Positions 1 to 13,613 of a stretch of 64,000 nt of DNA are shown here, piece after piece. The stretch is from positions 36,704,001 to 36,768,000 of the forward strand of contig OX597829.1 in NCBI GenBank assembly GCA_951406725.2, in the 5' to 3' direction. Within the stretch, counting starts at the first letter, position 1; the number at the start of each line of letters is the position of its first letter. The stretch is from Octopus vulgaris (lineage: Eukaryota). The notes beneath the pieces were generated by a model. That model worked only from the letters and a program-made list of their open reading frames with translations. It was not told where the DNA came from and ran no database searches. The position numbers and the translations under genes were made by a program.

Positions 1-900
1 ATTCAAGATCTTCTTAAGCGGGGGCTTTCTTAAGAGTAATATTTTCCTCCCTCATCCCTCTGTATAAGCAGTAGTGAGGATTTTCGCTCAGCTGAGTTCG
101 TGTTTTAGAGTAATTAACCTTCCCTCAAGAGCTTGGTATGAAGAGTCATCAGAGAATTTTGTTAATTTATTCATAAGATGTAATGATGAGATGTAAATTC
201 ATTATTCCGCTTACATTATACTATCGTGGTGAACCATCCAACATGGTGGTGCAGTGTTCATGTTTTCATCGGGTTTTGTTTTTACAGATTTCTCCTATGT
301 GTTCTTTAAGAGTTATAGCAGTTGTATTAGTTAATATCACATGATTCCATGCGCTCTCCAGTGACATCATCGATAACTTTCAACATTAGTGCTGTTAAGA
401 TTAACCTGCCACTTAACAATGGTTTCGAAAAGTAAAATATTTTTAAAGAACTGTTTCAGGATGTTTCTAAATTGAATATATTCCACATCTTTGTCTGTTG
501 ATTCAGCTATATTATGAGACACAAGAATTTAGTGATGGTGGCAGCGATTTGTTGCATTACCTTTGATCTCTCTTCTAACAGATTTTGTTCTTAGTGCTTT
601 GAGAAGATCGATTTACATCACGAGAGCAAACCATTTTTTTGAAGAAAGATACTTGTTGCTTAAGTTGTTTCGCTGTAAATGTGCTTAAATTGGGGCGAGA
701 TTTGTCCCAGTATTATTTAACCGCTTCATATATCTGATAGAAGCGTCTTCACGGGCTTTTTCACAGCATCGAAGTAGATGTTGGTTTAGATATAGAGTCC
801 AAGTAAAATGAGAGAAAAACTTACGTTTTCTCAGCTACCTTCCTGGTGCTGTAATGTTGTTTTCGTTTCTAGTGTTGTTTCAGCCATGATCGTGTTAGCG
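1..900 (-). mobile_element. Decayed 5' part of an R4/Dong-like non-LTR retrotransposon
   Basis: Manual minus-strand translation of about 810->630 gives FTWTLYLNQHLLRCCEKAREDASIRYMKRL /frameshift/ YWDKSRPNLSTFTAKQLKQQV, resembling the WT..N..LL.C...YMKR...WD..P...T..QL..Q N-terminal block of R4/Dong elements. Boundaries approximate. Confidence 0.45.
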
Positions 901-1136
901 AAATTCCATTTGGTATAAGATATGTTTTTAAAATCCGACCTAAATAACGCTACGTTGATAAGTAAAAGGTATTTCTCTTGTTTATAATGGGAGAAATAAA
1001 TGAGTTACTAATTTGGGGTACAGAAGTTGGTATAAACGTAGAAGAAAACGTTCAAAAAGAAACTCTAAACAGTCCTCTACGCCTGCACGTCTGATACTGA
1101 CACAAATAACAAACACACACACACACGCACACACAC

Positions 1137-1190
<54 letters not shown>

Positions 1191-1447
1191 CGGAGATGTA
1201 CTTGCATAGCAAGTGATTTGATCTGAGATCGTGTGCTGAAACGAAAACAATTGCAGCGTTCACTGACAAAAATCCGTGCTGCACGGACTTTTGTCAGTGA
1301 ACAGGTCGCGGTCTTAAAGCGACGAAAATATTTTGACAAATTAAACTTAAATGTTGAAGTCAATCGAACGGCTTTTGTGTGTTTCTTAAATGGCTTACAA
1401 ACACCTTCCACGCTGCAATTATATATATATATATGTACATATATATA

Positions 1448-1606
1448 CGACGGGCTATCAGTTCCCGTCTATCAAACCCTTTACTGGCTTTGGTCGAACC
1501 GAAGCTATAGTAGAAGACAATTGCCCAAGGTACCATGCAGTGGGACTGAATCCGGAACCATTTGGTTGGGAAACAAGCTTCTTACCACACAGCCCGTCCT
1601 GCGCCT
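1448..1606 (-). mobile_element. tRNA-derived SINE family A (CORE-like, internal microsatellite), 5' half
   Basis: Reverse complement matches the head AGGCGCAGGA..GGCTGTGTGGTAAG..GGTTCAGTCCCACTGC..CTTGGGCAA seen at 63718. Confidence 0.85.
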
Positions 1607-1625
1607 ATATATATATAGAAAGATA

Positions 1626-1697
<72 letters not shown>

Positions 1698-1700
<3 letters not shown>

Positions 1701-2335
1701 AGCAAATTATTTTACTTGCTAATATAAAGTCTGAAACCATGGTCCAGGAGATAGATGGTAAATGTTTATATTTTTCATTCCCTTCGAAATTTATCCCTAA
1801 TAGCCGTTTGGATTTTGGCTATTCCTTCTAGCGTGCCAGGTATCCTATGATGGATACCTCTTATGTGTTTAAATGTACACTGTATTTATATGAATAATAT
1901 ATAGTCTATTGACTAATTTTTCCAGACGCCAGGCCATTGGTAGTAACAATTTCTAAATTTTTTCTTGCCCTGATATTATTAATTATTGATAACTTTTTTG
2001 GCAAATTTTCGAAGTAACGCCGGCATTATTTTATTTGCTGCCAACAAAAAACTGCGCTTGCGCGGTGGATTTGAAAAAATATAATATATAAGCACGAGGC
2101 ACATTCTGGATTGTCTTGTATTTATATGTTTAATCTAGGCGTACCTGTTGATGAAGACTTCGCCTAGCAAATTATTTTCATTGCTAATATAAAGTCAGAA
2201 ACCATGGTTCAGGAGATAGATGGTAAATGTTTTTATTCTTCATTCCCTTCAAAATTTATTTCTAATAGTGGTTTGGAATTTGGCTATTCCTTCTAGCGTG
2301 TCAGGTATTCTATGATGGATACCTCTTATGTATTT
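1698..2335 (+). repeat. Direct-repeat element (two ~170 bp copies, 1698-1870 and 2163-2335) carrying a hammerhead; pLTR/retrozyme-like
   Basis: CCTAGCAAATTATTTT...GATGGATACCTCTTATG occurs twice, 465 nt apart; a third partial copy is at about 16510-16600. Confidence 0.75.
2144..2213 (+). ncRNA. Type I minimal hammerhead ribozyme fold (C3 is U in this copy)
   Basis: CCTG-TTGATGA-A-GACTT...AAGTC-A-GAAA-CCATGG-TT-CAGG: stem I CCTG/CAGG, stem II GACTT/AAGTC, palindromic stem III. Confidence 0.7.
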
Positions 2336-2730
2336 ATATGCATATATACACACATATATGTACATACTTACATATATATGTATATACATATGCATATATG
2401 GAAACAGGACGTCATAAAACGTAAACAACATGAAATACGAAATACGAAATACGGAAACATGGAATACGAATTTTTTTGCAATTGTAGTAATTGCTCGAAA
2501 TGTGCAGTAGATAGACACCCGACAACTGATGAAGGGTATTTCTTTATGTTACTTGTCTTGTTTTCAATTTGTTTCTTTCGTTGTTCGCAAAAAAGTTCGT
2601 ATTCCATGCTTTCGTATTTCATATTTCATGTTGTTTACGTTTTATAACGTCCTGTACCCATATATGCATATGTGCATACATATATATGTAAATATTTACA
2701 TATACGTATGTATATATGCATATATATATA
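2330..2730. repeat. Fold-back inverted repeat element (arms about 2330-2480 and 2587-2730)
   Basis: ACAGGACGTCATAAAACGTAAACAACATGAAATA..CATGGAATACGAA mirrored by TTCGTATTCCATG..TATTTCATGTTGTTTACGTTTTATAACGTCCTGT. Confidence 0.75.
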
Positions 2731-2836
2731 TTATTTATATTATATATATATATATATATACACATGTGTATATATACGTACATGTGCAAATATGTATATA
2801 TACATATATTCTTCTATATACACATATACATATGTG

Positions 2837-2917
<81 letters not shown>

Positions 2918-4105
2918 TCATTCAGAGGGAAAGAAAGAAAGAATAAAAAAAAGAATGAGAAAGGAATGTAATAGGTCTTTGGATAGATGAGTGCATATGT
3001 ATAAGTATCTGTGTCTGATTAAGTGTATATGTAGGAAGGTAGTAATGTACGTAAGCTATAGAATGTATATATTTTTTTTTTTTTGTTACTTTATACTTGT
3101 TTAAATGTATAGATATTGAATTCTACCGACTTCCTTGGTAAATTTTCTTCTGTTAATTCATAAATTAGCTAACTGCATCAAATTTCTTTCGAAGTTTCAA
3201 AGTCAATTTTCCTACTTTATTTACCAAACATCTTTATCTATCTATTTATTATTTATTTGTTTTCTTTTCTTTTATTAATTAATTTATAGATTTTAATTTG
3301 TTTCTACAACCTTATTCTTGTTCCAAAAAATAGTCACAATGTATCTAATAAAAGATCTTTAGTATGAAACAACATGCAAACATTAAAAATATTTTAATTC
3401 TACTTACAACACCGAAATAAAATTACAATTAACTTTTTTAATAGTAAAGAACAAACGAAATTATTGATGAGGAATTATAAAAATTAAAGATTTTTTTATT
3501 TATTTTTTACTTTTTATTTAGTATTTTGTGTGCATGTATGTGTGAATTTATGTCTTTGTTCAAGTAATAAAAAATGTTATGATAACAAAAAGAAGTAATT
3601 TTTCCGTCGTTTGCATCCACTTTTAAATCGTATTATTTAAGACACTAATTCTTTTGCAAAGTTTTCGGTAAAGAATAATAAAAAAGAAAGAAACTTTTAT
3701 TTATTTTTATGTATTTGATTAATTTTGTTTTGTTTATGCTCACTTATACGGACGCAAGCATATTCATATGTAAGTGCGTAAGTGTATTTCCTCGTGTATA
3801 CGTATATACATATATTCATAAAATAAGTGAGACGTGTGCGTATGTGCAGGTAGGGAGTTTCATGTGCATCCATTATTTATTCGCAAAACGACAAAGTGAC
3901 ATAAAGTTACGTTCGTTACACATAAATCAATTTTCTCTTACAATATAGGGAACATATCATAGTTGAGAGAAATGTTTTATACAAAAATGATATTTTGTTA
4001 GAATCAAGAAGCTATATATAAAGAACTGTTAGAAAAATAAAAATTTAATTGTTGGAAATTTATCTTATCGCATACGTATGCAGACAGATTCATACAATAA
4101 AAAAA

Positions 4106-4148
<43 letters not shown>

Positions 4149-4170
4149 TGTATGTATATGTATATGTATG

Positions 4171-4239
<69 letters not shown>

Positions 4240-4402
4240 GTGTTTGTGTGTGTGTGTGTAATGAATGCAAACGTTATATGTGACCTACTTAAAGTTTCCT
4301 GGTTAGGTAGTGCAATAACTGGACGCTCTCTTGTGTGCCGTACTAGACGCAGCAATCGTTGGACTCAAAAAGCGAGAAACCATGCAGCAGAAAACGAATA
4401 TA

Positions 4403-4476
<74 letters not shown>

Positions 4477-5081
4477 ATATTAGGGAATATGGCTTCAAAC
4501 TTACAGGGAAAAATTAGATTTAGGATTAAATCAAATTTCACAAAAACCACTATTAGGCAACTCAAACAGTGATAGACATAAACCAATACATAAATAACAA
4601 ATAATATAAATATAATTAATATAGTATATAATATATATATAAAAATAAAAAAATATATATATATAAATATATATATAAGTGCTATATATATATATATATA
4701 TATATATACATGAGAGGAAGTAAAACCTTCACTTTTGACAAAAGTTTCTTTAGGTTTAGCCACACTACATTCGGCACACACGTGTTAATTGGAGGCTCGT
4801 CTCATCCGATGATGGAATCAATCTACAAACAGTCTTCAACCCCTTTAATTCTCGATACCATTTCTATTCCATGTAAGTCGAACCTTTTTCTATATAATCA
4901 GATATACTTTTTTTTTGTATTTCATCTATTTAATATGCTTTATATATTGACCTGTCTAACTTGTTTAACCCTTTGTTTACTTCTATTCCTGTTCAAGTGT
5001 AAATCTCTTGAGTAATACTAAGTGAGGGCAAATAGTGTACTGTATCGGTTGCAATTGTAACTACTCATGCAGCATCACCTT

Positions 5082-5166
5082 GGCCTGAAGAGTAGCTTGC
5101 GGTATACACTTCGCTTGGATATTTACCATTTCCGATTGTTCCTCTAGCTATGAAACATGCGTAGCC
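5082..5166 (+). ncRNA. Type I minimal hammerhead ribozyme in a pLTR-like fragment (about 4710-5340)
   Basis: GGC-CTGAAGA-GTAGCT...AGCTAT-GAAA-CATGCG-TA-GCC; all core nucleotides canonical. Confidence 0.75.
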
Positions 5167-5507
5167 CGGATCTTATTGACACATGTATTCTTATTTTTAA
5201 CTCTTGTATTTTTATTCACATACCCGACAACCCTGAGGGCCTACCGTGAAATATAAATAGCTCGAAACGGAGTCAGTCTCGCGATACTGATACCTGATAG
5301 AGGGTGGTAGGGTTTCGCCTCCCCCACTGCTAACAATATATTATATATAAAGGGTGAAGTCTTGAACCCATAACAAGCTGGTGGAGAATCTGCCTGGGGC
5401 TGAACTAGTAGTAATATTCATCAGCCATTTTGATGTGGTGACTGGCTTTATTGTTTAGTATAGTTACTACTCTGGTCTCTTCGCGAAATTTTACAACTAG
5501 CTATTTT

Positions 5508-5569
<62 letters not shown>

Positions 5570-5689
5570 CTGAATCACTGACCTCCAGGCGGTCGATTCA
5601 GCTACAACATATTCAAACACCTGTTCGTAGTTTGAAAGTAAAAAGTGAAAGAATTTCCTAATTGACGACGTTGTCAGCGTATATTCCTT

Positions 5690-6326
5690 CCATGCCCTTA
5701 TATCCTGAGTCCAAAGCCAATATATGCACATTGTTCCCAGAACCAATGCCAATATATGCACATTGTTCCCAGAACCAAAGACAATATATACTCATTGTGT
5801 CCAGAACCAAACAGAGCTTTTGTTATCTCAATCCACATTCGGTTGATCGTCATAGTGATGAAGTAGTCTGGCTTTCCAAACTCTCTCACCAGAGCTATTC
5901 CAGCTTGGAAACACTCCTTGTAAGACCGAGAAGAACCAGTATGTTATGGCAGAAGAATGATTTTAGACTCTTCGTCATTCATGTCACCATTTGCAATAGC
6001 ATCCAGAAGGCCATGGTACTTTTCAACCTTAAGCTGTTTCTGATGAGTTCTCAGGAAGTGTAATCGATCTTGCTCTTTGTATATTGATCTACTGCATACT
6101 GTTGCATCAGACGTCTACTTTTCATTATGCCATTGAACTCGTCCTTTCTTACCTGAAGCCAATAAAAATAAAATTCACATGCTGTGATGTTTTTGCTTCA
6201 GTCATTATCTTTCAAGAACACATTCCAGCCATCTTCCCCATCTTTCCCATAGGGAAACTGAAGTACATAATGAAGAGGGTAATAGCTTCTGTGGATTTGA
6301 CTAATGTAGTCCAATTCACATTGCTT

Positions 6327-6367
<41 letters not shown>

Positions 6368-7666
6368 GTACTGCACAACAACATCCGCAGGTTTAAATTT
6401 TGGATTATTAGTATTAGCTCCCACCATGATCACATCAATTTCTGATGCAGTCGGTAAATTATAGGTTCTGTCATGTGACCCAGCAGGAATATGCCGTTTG
6501 TCATGACTTATAATAATATCACCGGTAGAACATTTTCCTGGTGCAGAGTATTCTTTAATTACATCAATAGCCTATTTAAAACTTTGACATATGGATTTTG
6601 AATATGCAGTGCTCGCTACAAAACTAGCAAGACGTTCTCATAAAGGTCATTATCAGCTCTTCTGAATGACAACCTGTTTCTCATCTCATTTTCAGTGTCA
6701 ACGAAATATAGTTGTGCATAGACTGGCTTCCTATTTACTACTGGTAGGAGACTTCCTATGCGGTGGTACAACTTTCCTTGAATCTTGAAAGGAAGCGCGA
6801 AAGTGCTATCACCCGGTGCTCTAACTGGTGGATTATCCAGTTCAAGTGAAGCCATAGCCAGTAAATTATTGTAGCCACGAATTTTGTTCAGACGCATTTG
6901 ACCACATACATTAATATCATAGTACTTAGCTATTACTTCTTGGGGCTTTTTATCTGTGGAACTTTGTCATTGCTAATTTTTCCTTTGCTACAACAGAGGG
7001 TAGTTTTCTTAGCATCCCAAAGGTAAGCTTTGCAGTCAGGCAATGTTCTTTTAAAAATGTTTCCACAGTAGTGCAACATAAGGCTTGGGTTTCTTTTTTT
7101 TTTTTCTCATAAAAATCTACCACATTAAATTCCATAGCCATTCTCTCAGTGTCAGTTCTTTGCTGATGAAGTCTCGATTGGTATTGTGCCTGGTTGTTTG
7201 CTTGTCACTGCTGAATTTGTGGCAGCGACGTGTTTTCCATAGAGTCTTGTTTCCTCAGTCGATCAGTATTCATCCATGCTTCTGTTTCTTGTGGTGTTTC
7301 CATTGCACGGCTTTTCTGAGTTCTCAGCCGATTCACATTCCTCCCTGCTTCTGGTTTTTTTTCTAGTCTATCCATTGCACGGGTTCCCATCCGATTCGCA
7401 TTCCTCCGTGCTTCTGAATCTTCTGGTCTTCCCTTGGGCGGATTTCCTGTCTCCTCAGCCAATCTGCATTTCCCCATGCTTCTGTCTCTTCAGGTGATTC
7501 CATTTCACAAGTTTCTTGCAGTCTCCTTCGCTCCATTTCAAGTCACTGAGAAGAGCTGGGTCCTTGTCAGTTTTCTTCCACTAGCGTCTGTTGTCTTTGC
7601 TCAGCGATCTTTTATGAACGAGAAATTTTTAGGGGCAGATTGTTGCCTTTTCTTTTTCTGAGCATA
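5690..7666 (-). mobile_element. Decayed Helitron Rep/Hel N-terminal coding region (Zn finger + Helitron_like_N)
   Basis: ORF pieces IRGYNNLLAMAS..FKIQGKLYHRIGSLLP..PVYAQLYFVD (6616-6897), PADVVVQYR (6212-6433), REFGKPDYFITMTINRMWIEI (5698-5889) and E/R-rich repeats at 7250-7500. Frameshifted, with a (GA)n expansion at 6328. Confidence 0.9.
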
Positions 7667-7807
7667 GTGTACTGATAAAAGCGTGAATATTTATTACAAT
7701 TATACAGTGGACGTTTTCAGACGATTCATCTAGTATTTTAGTTCATTTCTCTGAACGGGAGGTTATCACGGTATTTATTGTAAATATTTACCTTGGATAT
7801 TTATTTA

Positions 7808-8224
7808 TAATTACACCACTCTCGCTAAACACTATTTTAAAGTGCGCCTTTTATGTCGTTGAATGCCTCTAAACGAATTTGACCATAAAAATCTCGGAAA
7901 TTTAGTATTTTTAAAGTAATGATAAAATTATTCGAGCCTATTTTCATGCAGTCGAATGCGTAATGTTTCCGAAATTTTCTTATATTTAACGTCTGCTATT
8001 TCAGAATTCTACGCATGTGTGAAATATCAGACGACAGTACATTCGATAACATATTCATACACGCAACGATATAAACAGACATAAGAATAGCTCCGGCGGC
8101 ATGAAAATCGGTCCGACAAATTACTAAATTTCCAACATTCTTAAGGTCAAATTCATTTAGAGCAATTCAATAATATAAAAATCGCAGATTAAGATAGTGT
8201 TTAGTGGGGTATGGTGTAATTGTA
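7808..8224. repeat. Imperfect inverted repeat (MITE-like fold-back)
   Basis: AATTACACC..CTAAACACTAT..CTCTAAACGAATTTGACC..GGAAATTTAGTA mirrored at about 8120-8224. Confidence 0.55.
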
Positions 8225-8394
8225 ATTTTCACCGAAGACTAACAGTGTTTTTATGGGGTTTTGTGTTTTTTTTCTTTTCGAAATGACGGCAAAAGAGACA
8301 TTTGAAAGATGTGTGAAAGTGAGAGAGAATTATGAGAGGCAACATGGTAGGAGAGAGTGAGTTCAATACGTAAGATACATAGCTACTACACACT

Positions 8395-8572
8395 TTTTTC
8401 TCTCCTTGTTTGTTTCCTTGTTTTTTTCTGTGTACCTTTCTGTAGAAGAGCGTAGGCTCAAAACGTAAAATACTTTTTCTATTCCTGAGTGCTATACTAA
8501 TACATCTGTTTGTTTGTACACCACCTGCCTTCGTCTTTTATTTATTTTCGTAGTAAACTTTCCCTATATATA
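8395..8572 (+). mobile_element. Short non-autonomous element with hammerhead-like motif; second copy on minus strand at 17015-17170
   Basis: Shared GTGTACCTTTCTGTRGAAGAGYGTAGGCTCRAAACGT...TTCCCTATATA, ending at a (TA)n tract. Confidence 0.65.
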
Positions 8573-8574
8573 TC

Positions 8575-8651
<77 letters not shown>

Positions 8652-9299
8652 ATAAAATTTTATATATAAAGAACGTGAAATACACGAAGTGACGAACATG
8701 GAAAACAGACAAGTCATTCGAAGCCTTCATTCTTCAGTCAGAAACCGAATCATCATGGCAAATTTCGGCTGTTTAATTCTGAGATTTGCTCCAAATCGGC
8801 CAGCCCCAAGGAAAAACTAATCTGTGGGAATTAGATTTCTTTGGTAGAAGGAAAGAATGTGAACGCAACAGAGACGAATATGAAAACAAGAAACGAAGAT
8901 AAAATTGGAAACAGTAACAGTTAAAAACAAGAATGACAAGGGGCGTCTTACGACTTTGAGACAAAATGAGATAAAAACAATTGATCAGCAAGCGTGGAAA
9001 GCAATTACTTTTTCGGTAGAGGGGACACGTGTGGAACAAGCAGCTGTCGCCAACGGAATGGCTTAGAAGCAGCAGGTTGCAAGAAGGTGAGAGAGAGAGA
9101 AAGGGGATAAGAGAGAGAGAGAGAGACAGAGAGAGAGGGAATTAAGGAGGGCAGAAGACAGAAGCAATCAAAGTAACACCGAAGGAAACATGGAAAAGAG
9201 CGCAAGCAATTAAGAGAGAGTGAGCTAAGAGAAGCAGTAAATATGTAGGAGGGAGAGGAAGAGGTAGTAAACATGAGGAATAGTAGGCAAGTCATTGAA

Positions 9300-9503
9300 T
9301 AGTGAGATATAGGTAATTTGTTTAATCGGATTTTACCAGACTAAAACCGGACCGGTTCATTCGCGTGAATCCCATATAGATGTTGACATGGTTCCTCATG
9401 CTAAGATTGGTCGAAATCAGTCCAGTGGTTGTAGAGGAGTTTGAAAATAAATTTTGACGCAGACACACACACACAGACTTAAATAACGCAATTATAGTAT
9501 AGA
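9300..9503 (-). mobile_element. Non-autonomous Helitron-like 5' end
   Basis: Minus strand starts TCTATACTATAAT followed by (GT)n and 'ACTGGACTGATTTCGACCAATCTTAGCATG', typical of Helitron/HINE 5' regions. Confidence 0.5.
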
Positions 9504-10496
9504 CACACGCACACATATGTGTGTGTGTGTGTGTGTGCATGCGTGCACATTCGTATGTGTGTGTGTGTGTGTGTGTGTGAGTATATATATGCATACTCAC
9601 GTACATATGCATATTTGGGGGACGTGGATTTGCGGGTGAGCTGGCATGAGTGGGGTGGTTTTTATGCACGTGGTGTGTGTCTGTGTCTGTGCGTGCGTGT
9701 ACGTATGTATGTATGAGTGTGTATGCGTGCATGTTAGTAGCGGAAAATACCTCTAAGAGAAGGTAATTAGTGATTGTTATTATTAGAGGCAGGAGAAGTA
9801 ATTATTCTTTTTGGGTACAGGTGAATTGATAGTATTTATATTACGAAGTTATACATTTATGAATTAAAATATGTACAAAGTTGGTTATGCGTTCATGAAT
9901 TAAAATATTTGCAAAATCTAAACTTGGTTATATGTTTATATCCAGGCGTAGTTTGTAGTTTTCAATAAATATACTCTCTTTAGTCATTGTTTCCTTGCAC
10001 TGATAAATGGGGGAAACAGTCTATGAGACATCCTTGTCTGGCCTATATAGCTGTGTCCACAACCTGAGCAAGTTATCACATAAATTAAATTTTTGGATAC
10101 AAGTAAAATCAGAACTCTTGGTTCCGTTGTTGCTGGGTATAATTTCGCATTTATCAGTATTGTTTTTAAAGATTCAGTTTGATTTTTTACTTTTGATGAA
10201 TTTTTATTTGTAGAATGTGGTTCATCTTTGAGTTCCAAGTGAACACAGGTAAAATATGAATAATTGTGTTGTACGCCTCATTGATTGTGGGGTTGTGTGT
10301 CGATATACGATGTAGTAATTGTTGATGGGGTGTGTAATTTCGCTTTGTTGCCATTAGTATTTTGATATCTATCTTCTTCGCACATTTAATCCCACCAGCT
10401 ATTGTATGTCTCTTGATTAATGTGGTTTTAAGGCCTTGAAGTCGAAGGTCCCAAGTATTTGCATCAGACACTATTATGCAAGGGAATATTCGTTTT

Positions 10497-11465
10497 AACT
10501 AGCGGGACCCATGAATATTTCACGGAATTAATGGTAAACCTATAGGGTTAATTCTGAAAACTTTATCCAAAAGACCTAAAAGCGTAGCCTATGTTGTTTT
10601 TGTATGGAAAGATAATCACTCATCTGCTACTCATTGAAAAGTGAAAGATTTGGGAATACAATGATTACTTAATGTACTATATATATATATACTTTATGCA
10701 CAATTTTATAGACTTAATACACAACGCCCATACAATAAATATTCACTCTTATTTTTCCATTTTTCCTATAAACAAAATAAATATATGTACATATGATACA
10801 TTTAGTTAAACTGCATATATTCGCCACGTAAATAAGCATAAATATTTCACGGAATTGAACTTATGCGCATGTATTAAGTGATATGTGATATAAAAGAAAC
10901 TTAGTTCAATTTTAAAAAATAATTTTCACCATCCAATCACCATCTCCACCACCATCACCATCATCTCCCTCGCCCCACTCTCTCTCTCTCTCTCCCTCCC
11001 TTCTCTCTCTCCCCTGCCTCTCTCTCTTCCTTTCTTTAACCTCACCATCAGAACATCACCCCTCTGTTAAAATTATATTTTAAAATCTCCTCTATAACAT
11101 CACTACCTTCACAACTAACTTTTTCAACCACGCAATAAATATTACGTTCCCCCTATCTCACGTCGTGGGCGCTTCTCTGTTCCTCCTTTTCTCTCTCTTT
11201 GTCTTTTTCTGTCTCACTCTTTTTCTTTCTCCGTCTTTCTGTCTCACTCTTCACCTTATCCACTTTTTCCCTCTCCTTTTTCTTTCTCTTGACATTCCGC
11301 TCAACTAATCGCGTGAAAACGTTATAATTACATTCCCTCTACCTCATGTCATGGACGCTTCCCTCTCCCTTTTTTCTCTCTCCCTCTTTTCGTTCTCCCT
11401 CTTTTTCTCTAATCCCGTGAAATCGTTAACGACGGGTTAAGTAACAGAATGACACGCAAAATTAG
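10497..11465 (+). mobile_element. Non-autonomous Helentron/HINE-like element inserted in the Penelope RT
   Basis: Cleanly interrupts the Penelope sequence between HQKH and KTNIP; subterminal IR TTTCACGG/CCGTGAAA; CT-rich body similar to 41975-42535 and 28640-29000. Confidence 0.55.
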
Positions 11466-13228
11466 TTGTGTTTTTGGTGGCATGAGTTAAACAGAAGTTA
11501 TTGCTTCGAGTCTGCGAGTTTATAGCGTATATCGGATTCAATTTGATTGTTGACTTTTTTTATCAAAATATCAAGGAATGTGAATTACTCTTTGCTATAC
11601 TCCATTGTAAATTGGATATCTGAATTCATTCTGTTAAGCAGTGATATAAATTCAAACAGTTTATCAATATTCTCATTCCAAATGATAGAACAGATATCTT
11701 TTCCAGGTAAAAGGGATATCCATATTTTTGTAGTGATGCTTGATATATAGTAAACATCCCATTTTTAGTTTAGCAAGTACTGGGACTGCTTTTATTCCCA
11801 TCGCAATTCCACATTTTTCTCAGTAGTAAGTGGTAACAAATAAGAAATAATTATTCTGGAGAATAAATTATAAAGCGTCCTTAATAAACTCAAGGTTCAC
11901 ACGCACCGGAAGTTCTTTCAGATAGTTTTCCAGTCAGAATTTGATTGCTTCTATTCTATAGTTGTGTGGGGATAACATCGGAGAAAGTGAAGATTTTCTT
12001 TTCATTGATTATTTTTGGTGGGTGGTTTAGTATCTCTAGATCATCTCTAATGAAACTTTTGATATATTTCAAAAATAGTTTCAGTAGAATACTGAGAAAA
12101 TTGCTCACGCGGTAGGTTTCATACACTGGGCCGGCTATAATGGATCTTAGTTTTAAATCTCGTGGTGCCTGGACATTACTGTAGATATCTGGTGATTGTT
12201 TGCAGGCTTCATCAATTATCTGGCTCTTGTGGATTTTAGGTAAACCGCACAAAAGACTAGGTTTACATTTAAAATTTGTGATATAATCATTTCTCTGTTT
12301 GTCAGACCTTTTCTATGTAGGAGAATTAAGGATGCAAGATTTTTCATTATTTTTTGTTGCTTATAGTTTTTAACCTTTTCGTAGAAGGTATCGTTTTTTA
12401 GCATGGACAGTACTACGTTTTTGTAGAATTTTGTGTCCATCAGAACTACAGCACTTCCTTTGTCGGATTCTTTGTTTGACAATTCTTTATCATTTTGCAT
12501 TTTAAGAAAATCTTCCCATTTGATATTGCTAAGATTTTGTGTTGAGTCTTTGATTGCGTAAAGTACTATTCGGGAAATTCAGGATATGGTAAGAAAAATC
12601 ACATTTTGGTGGAAGATAATTGCTTTTCTTTTTTAGTAGTAATTCATCGTTGTTATTGTTGTAATAGAGTAGTGCTTCTGAAAGTCGCAATTTTCTACAA
12701 AATACCGTAATATTGTCTTTAATTCATTCTGATTATATCCGCGTCGGTTTGAGGTATATTTTAGCCTTTTTGCAAATATGTCGATTTATGTTGTTGAAAA
12801 AGTTTCCTTTGATAAAGTGTATTAAAGGGTTTTTCCTGTGATTTGATCCAACGTTGTCCCTATTTCTCTGGACTGGATCTAAAACACGTTTGTTGAAATT
12901 ACGTTGATGTAAATAGTCAGTGTTACTAATTATATTTGAATTGTTAGACGGCTCGTTTTGCTGTTTGAGCATATTGGTTGTAATTACGTGGTTCGAGTTT
13001 ATTTGTTGAGGGTTAAATGTATTCCCCTGAGTGTTTCTCATTGCTAGAGGAAAATTGGTATATCTAACTCTGGGGTGGTTCTTTCTAGCCTTTCTAATTT
13101 GTAAATGTCCCTATTTCTGGTTTGAAAACGATTTGCTTTCGAGTGAGAGGTTAGTTTTGTGTGGAAGTATTCTTTCAAATATTTACAGTTTGATCTAATT
13201 GGCTGCTTAGTCATTTCTGTAGAGGTTG

Positions 13229-13613
13229 AGGAGGCGCAATGGCCCAGTGGTTAGGGCAGCGGACTCGCGGTCATAGGATCGCGGTTTCGATTCCCAGACC
13301 GGGCGTTGTGAGTGTTTATTGAGCGAAAATACCTAAAGCTCCACGAGGCTCCGGCAGGGGATGGTGGTGATCCCTGCTGTACTCTTTCACCACAACTTTC
13401 TCTCACTCTTACTTCCTGTTTCTGTTGTACCTGTATTTCAAAGGGCCGGCCTTGTCACTCTCTGTGTCACGCTGAATATCGAGAACTACGTTAAGGGTGC
13501 ACGTGTCTGTGGAGTGCTCAGCCACTTACACGTTAATTTCACGAGCAGGCTGTTCCGTTGATTCGGATCAACCGGAACCCTCGTCATCGTAACCCACGGA
13601 GTGCTTCCATCCC
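13229..13613 (+). mobile_element. tRNA-derived SINE with target-site duplication AGAGGTTG
   Basis: A box TGGCCCAGTGG, B box GGTTTCGATTCC; TSD at 13221-13228 and 13614-13621. Confidence 0.9.

Noticed and set aside
8710-8742. CTGAAGA..CGAATGAC motif on the minus strand (similar at 22607-22636)
   Set aside because: GAAT instead of GAAA, and no consistent stems I or II; not called a hammerhead.
13230-13305. tRNA-like sequence with A and B boxes
   Set aside because: SINE head: continues into a SINE body and is flanked by a TSD.
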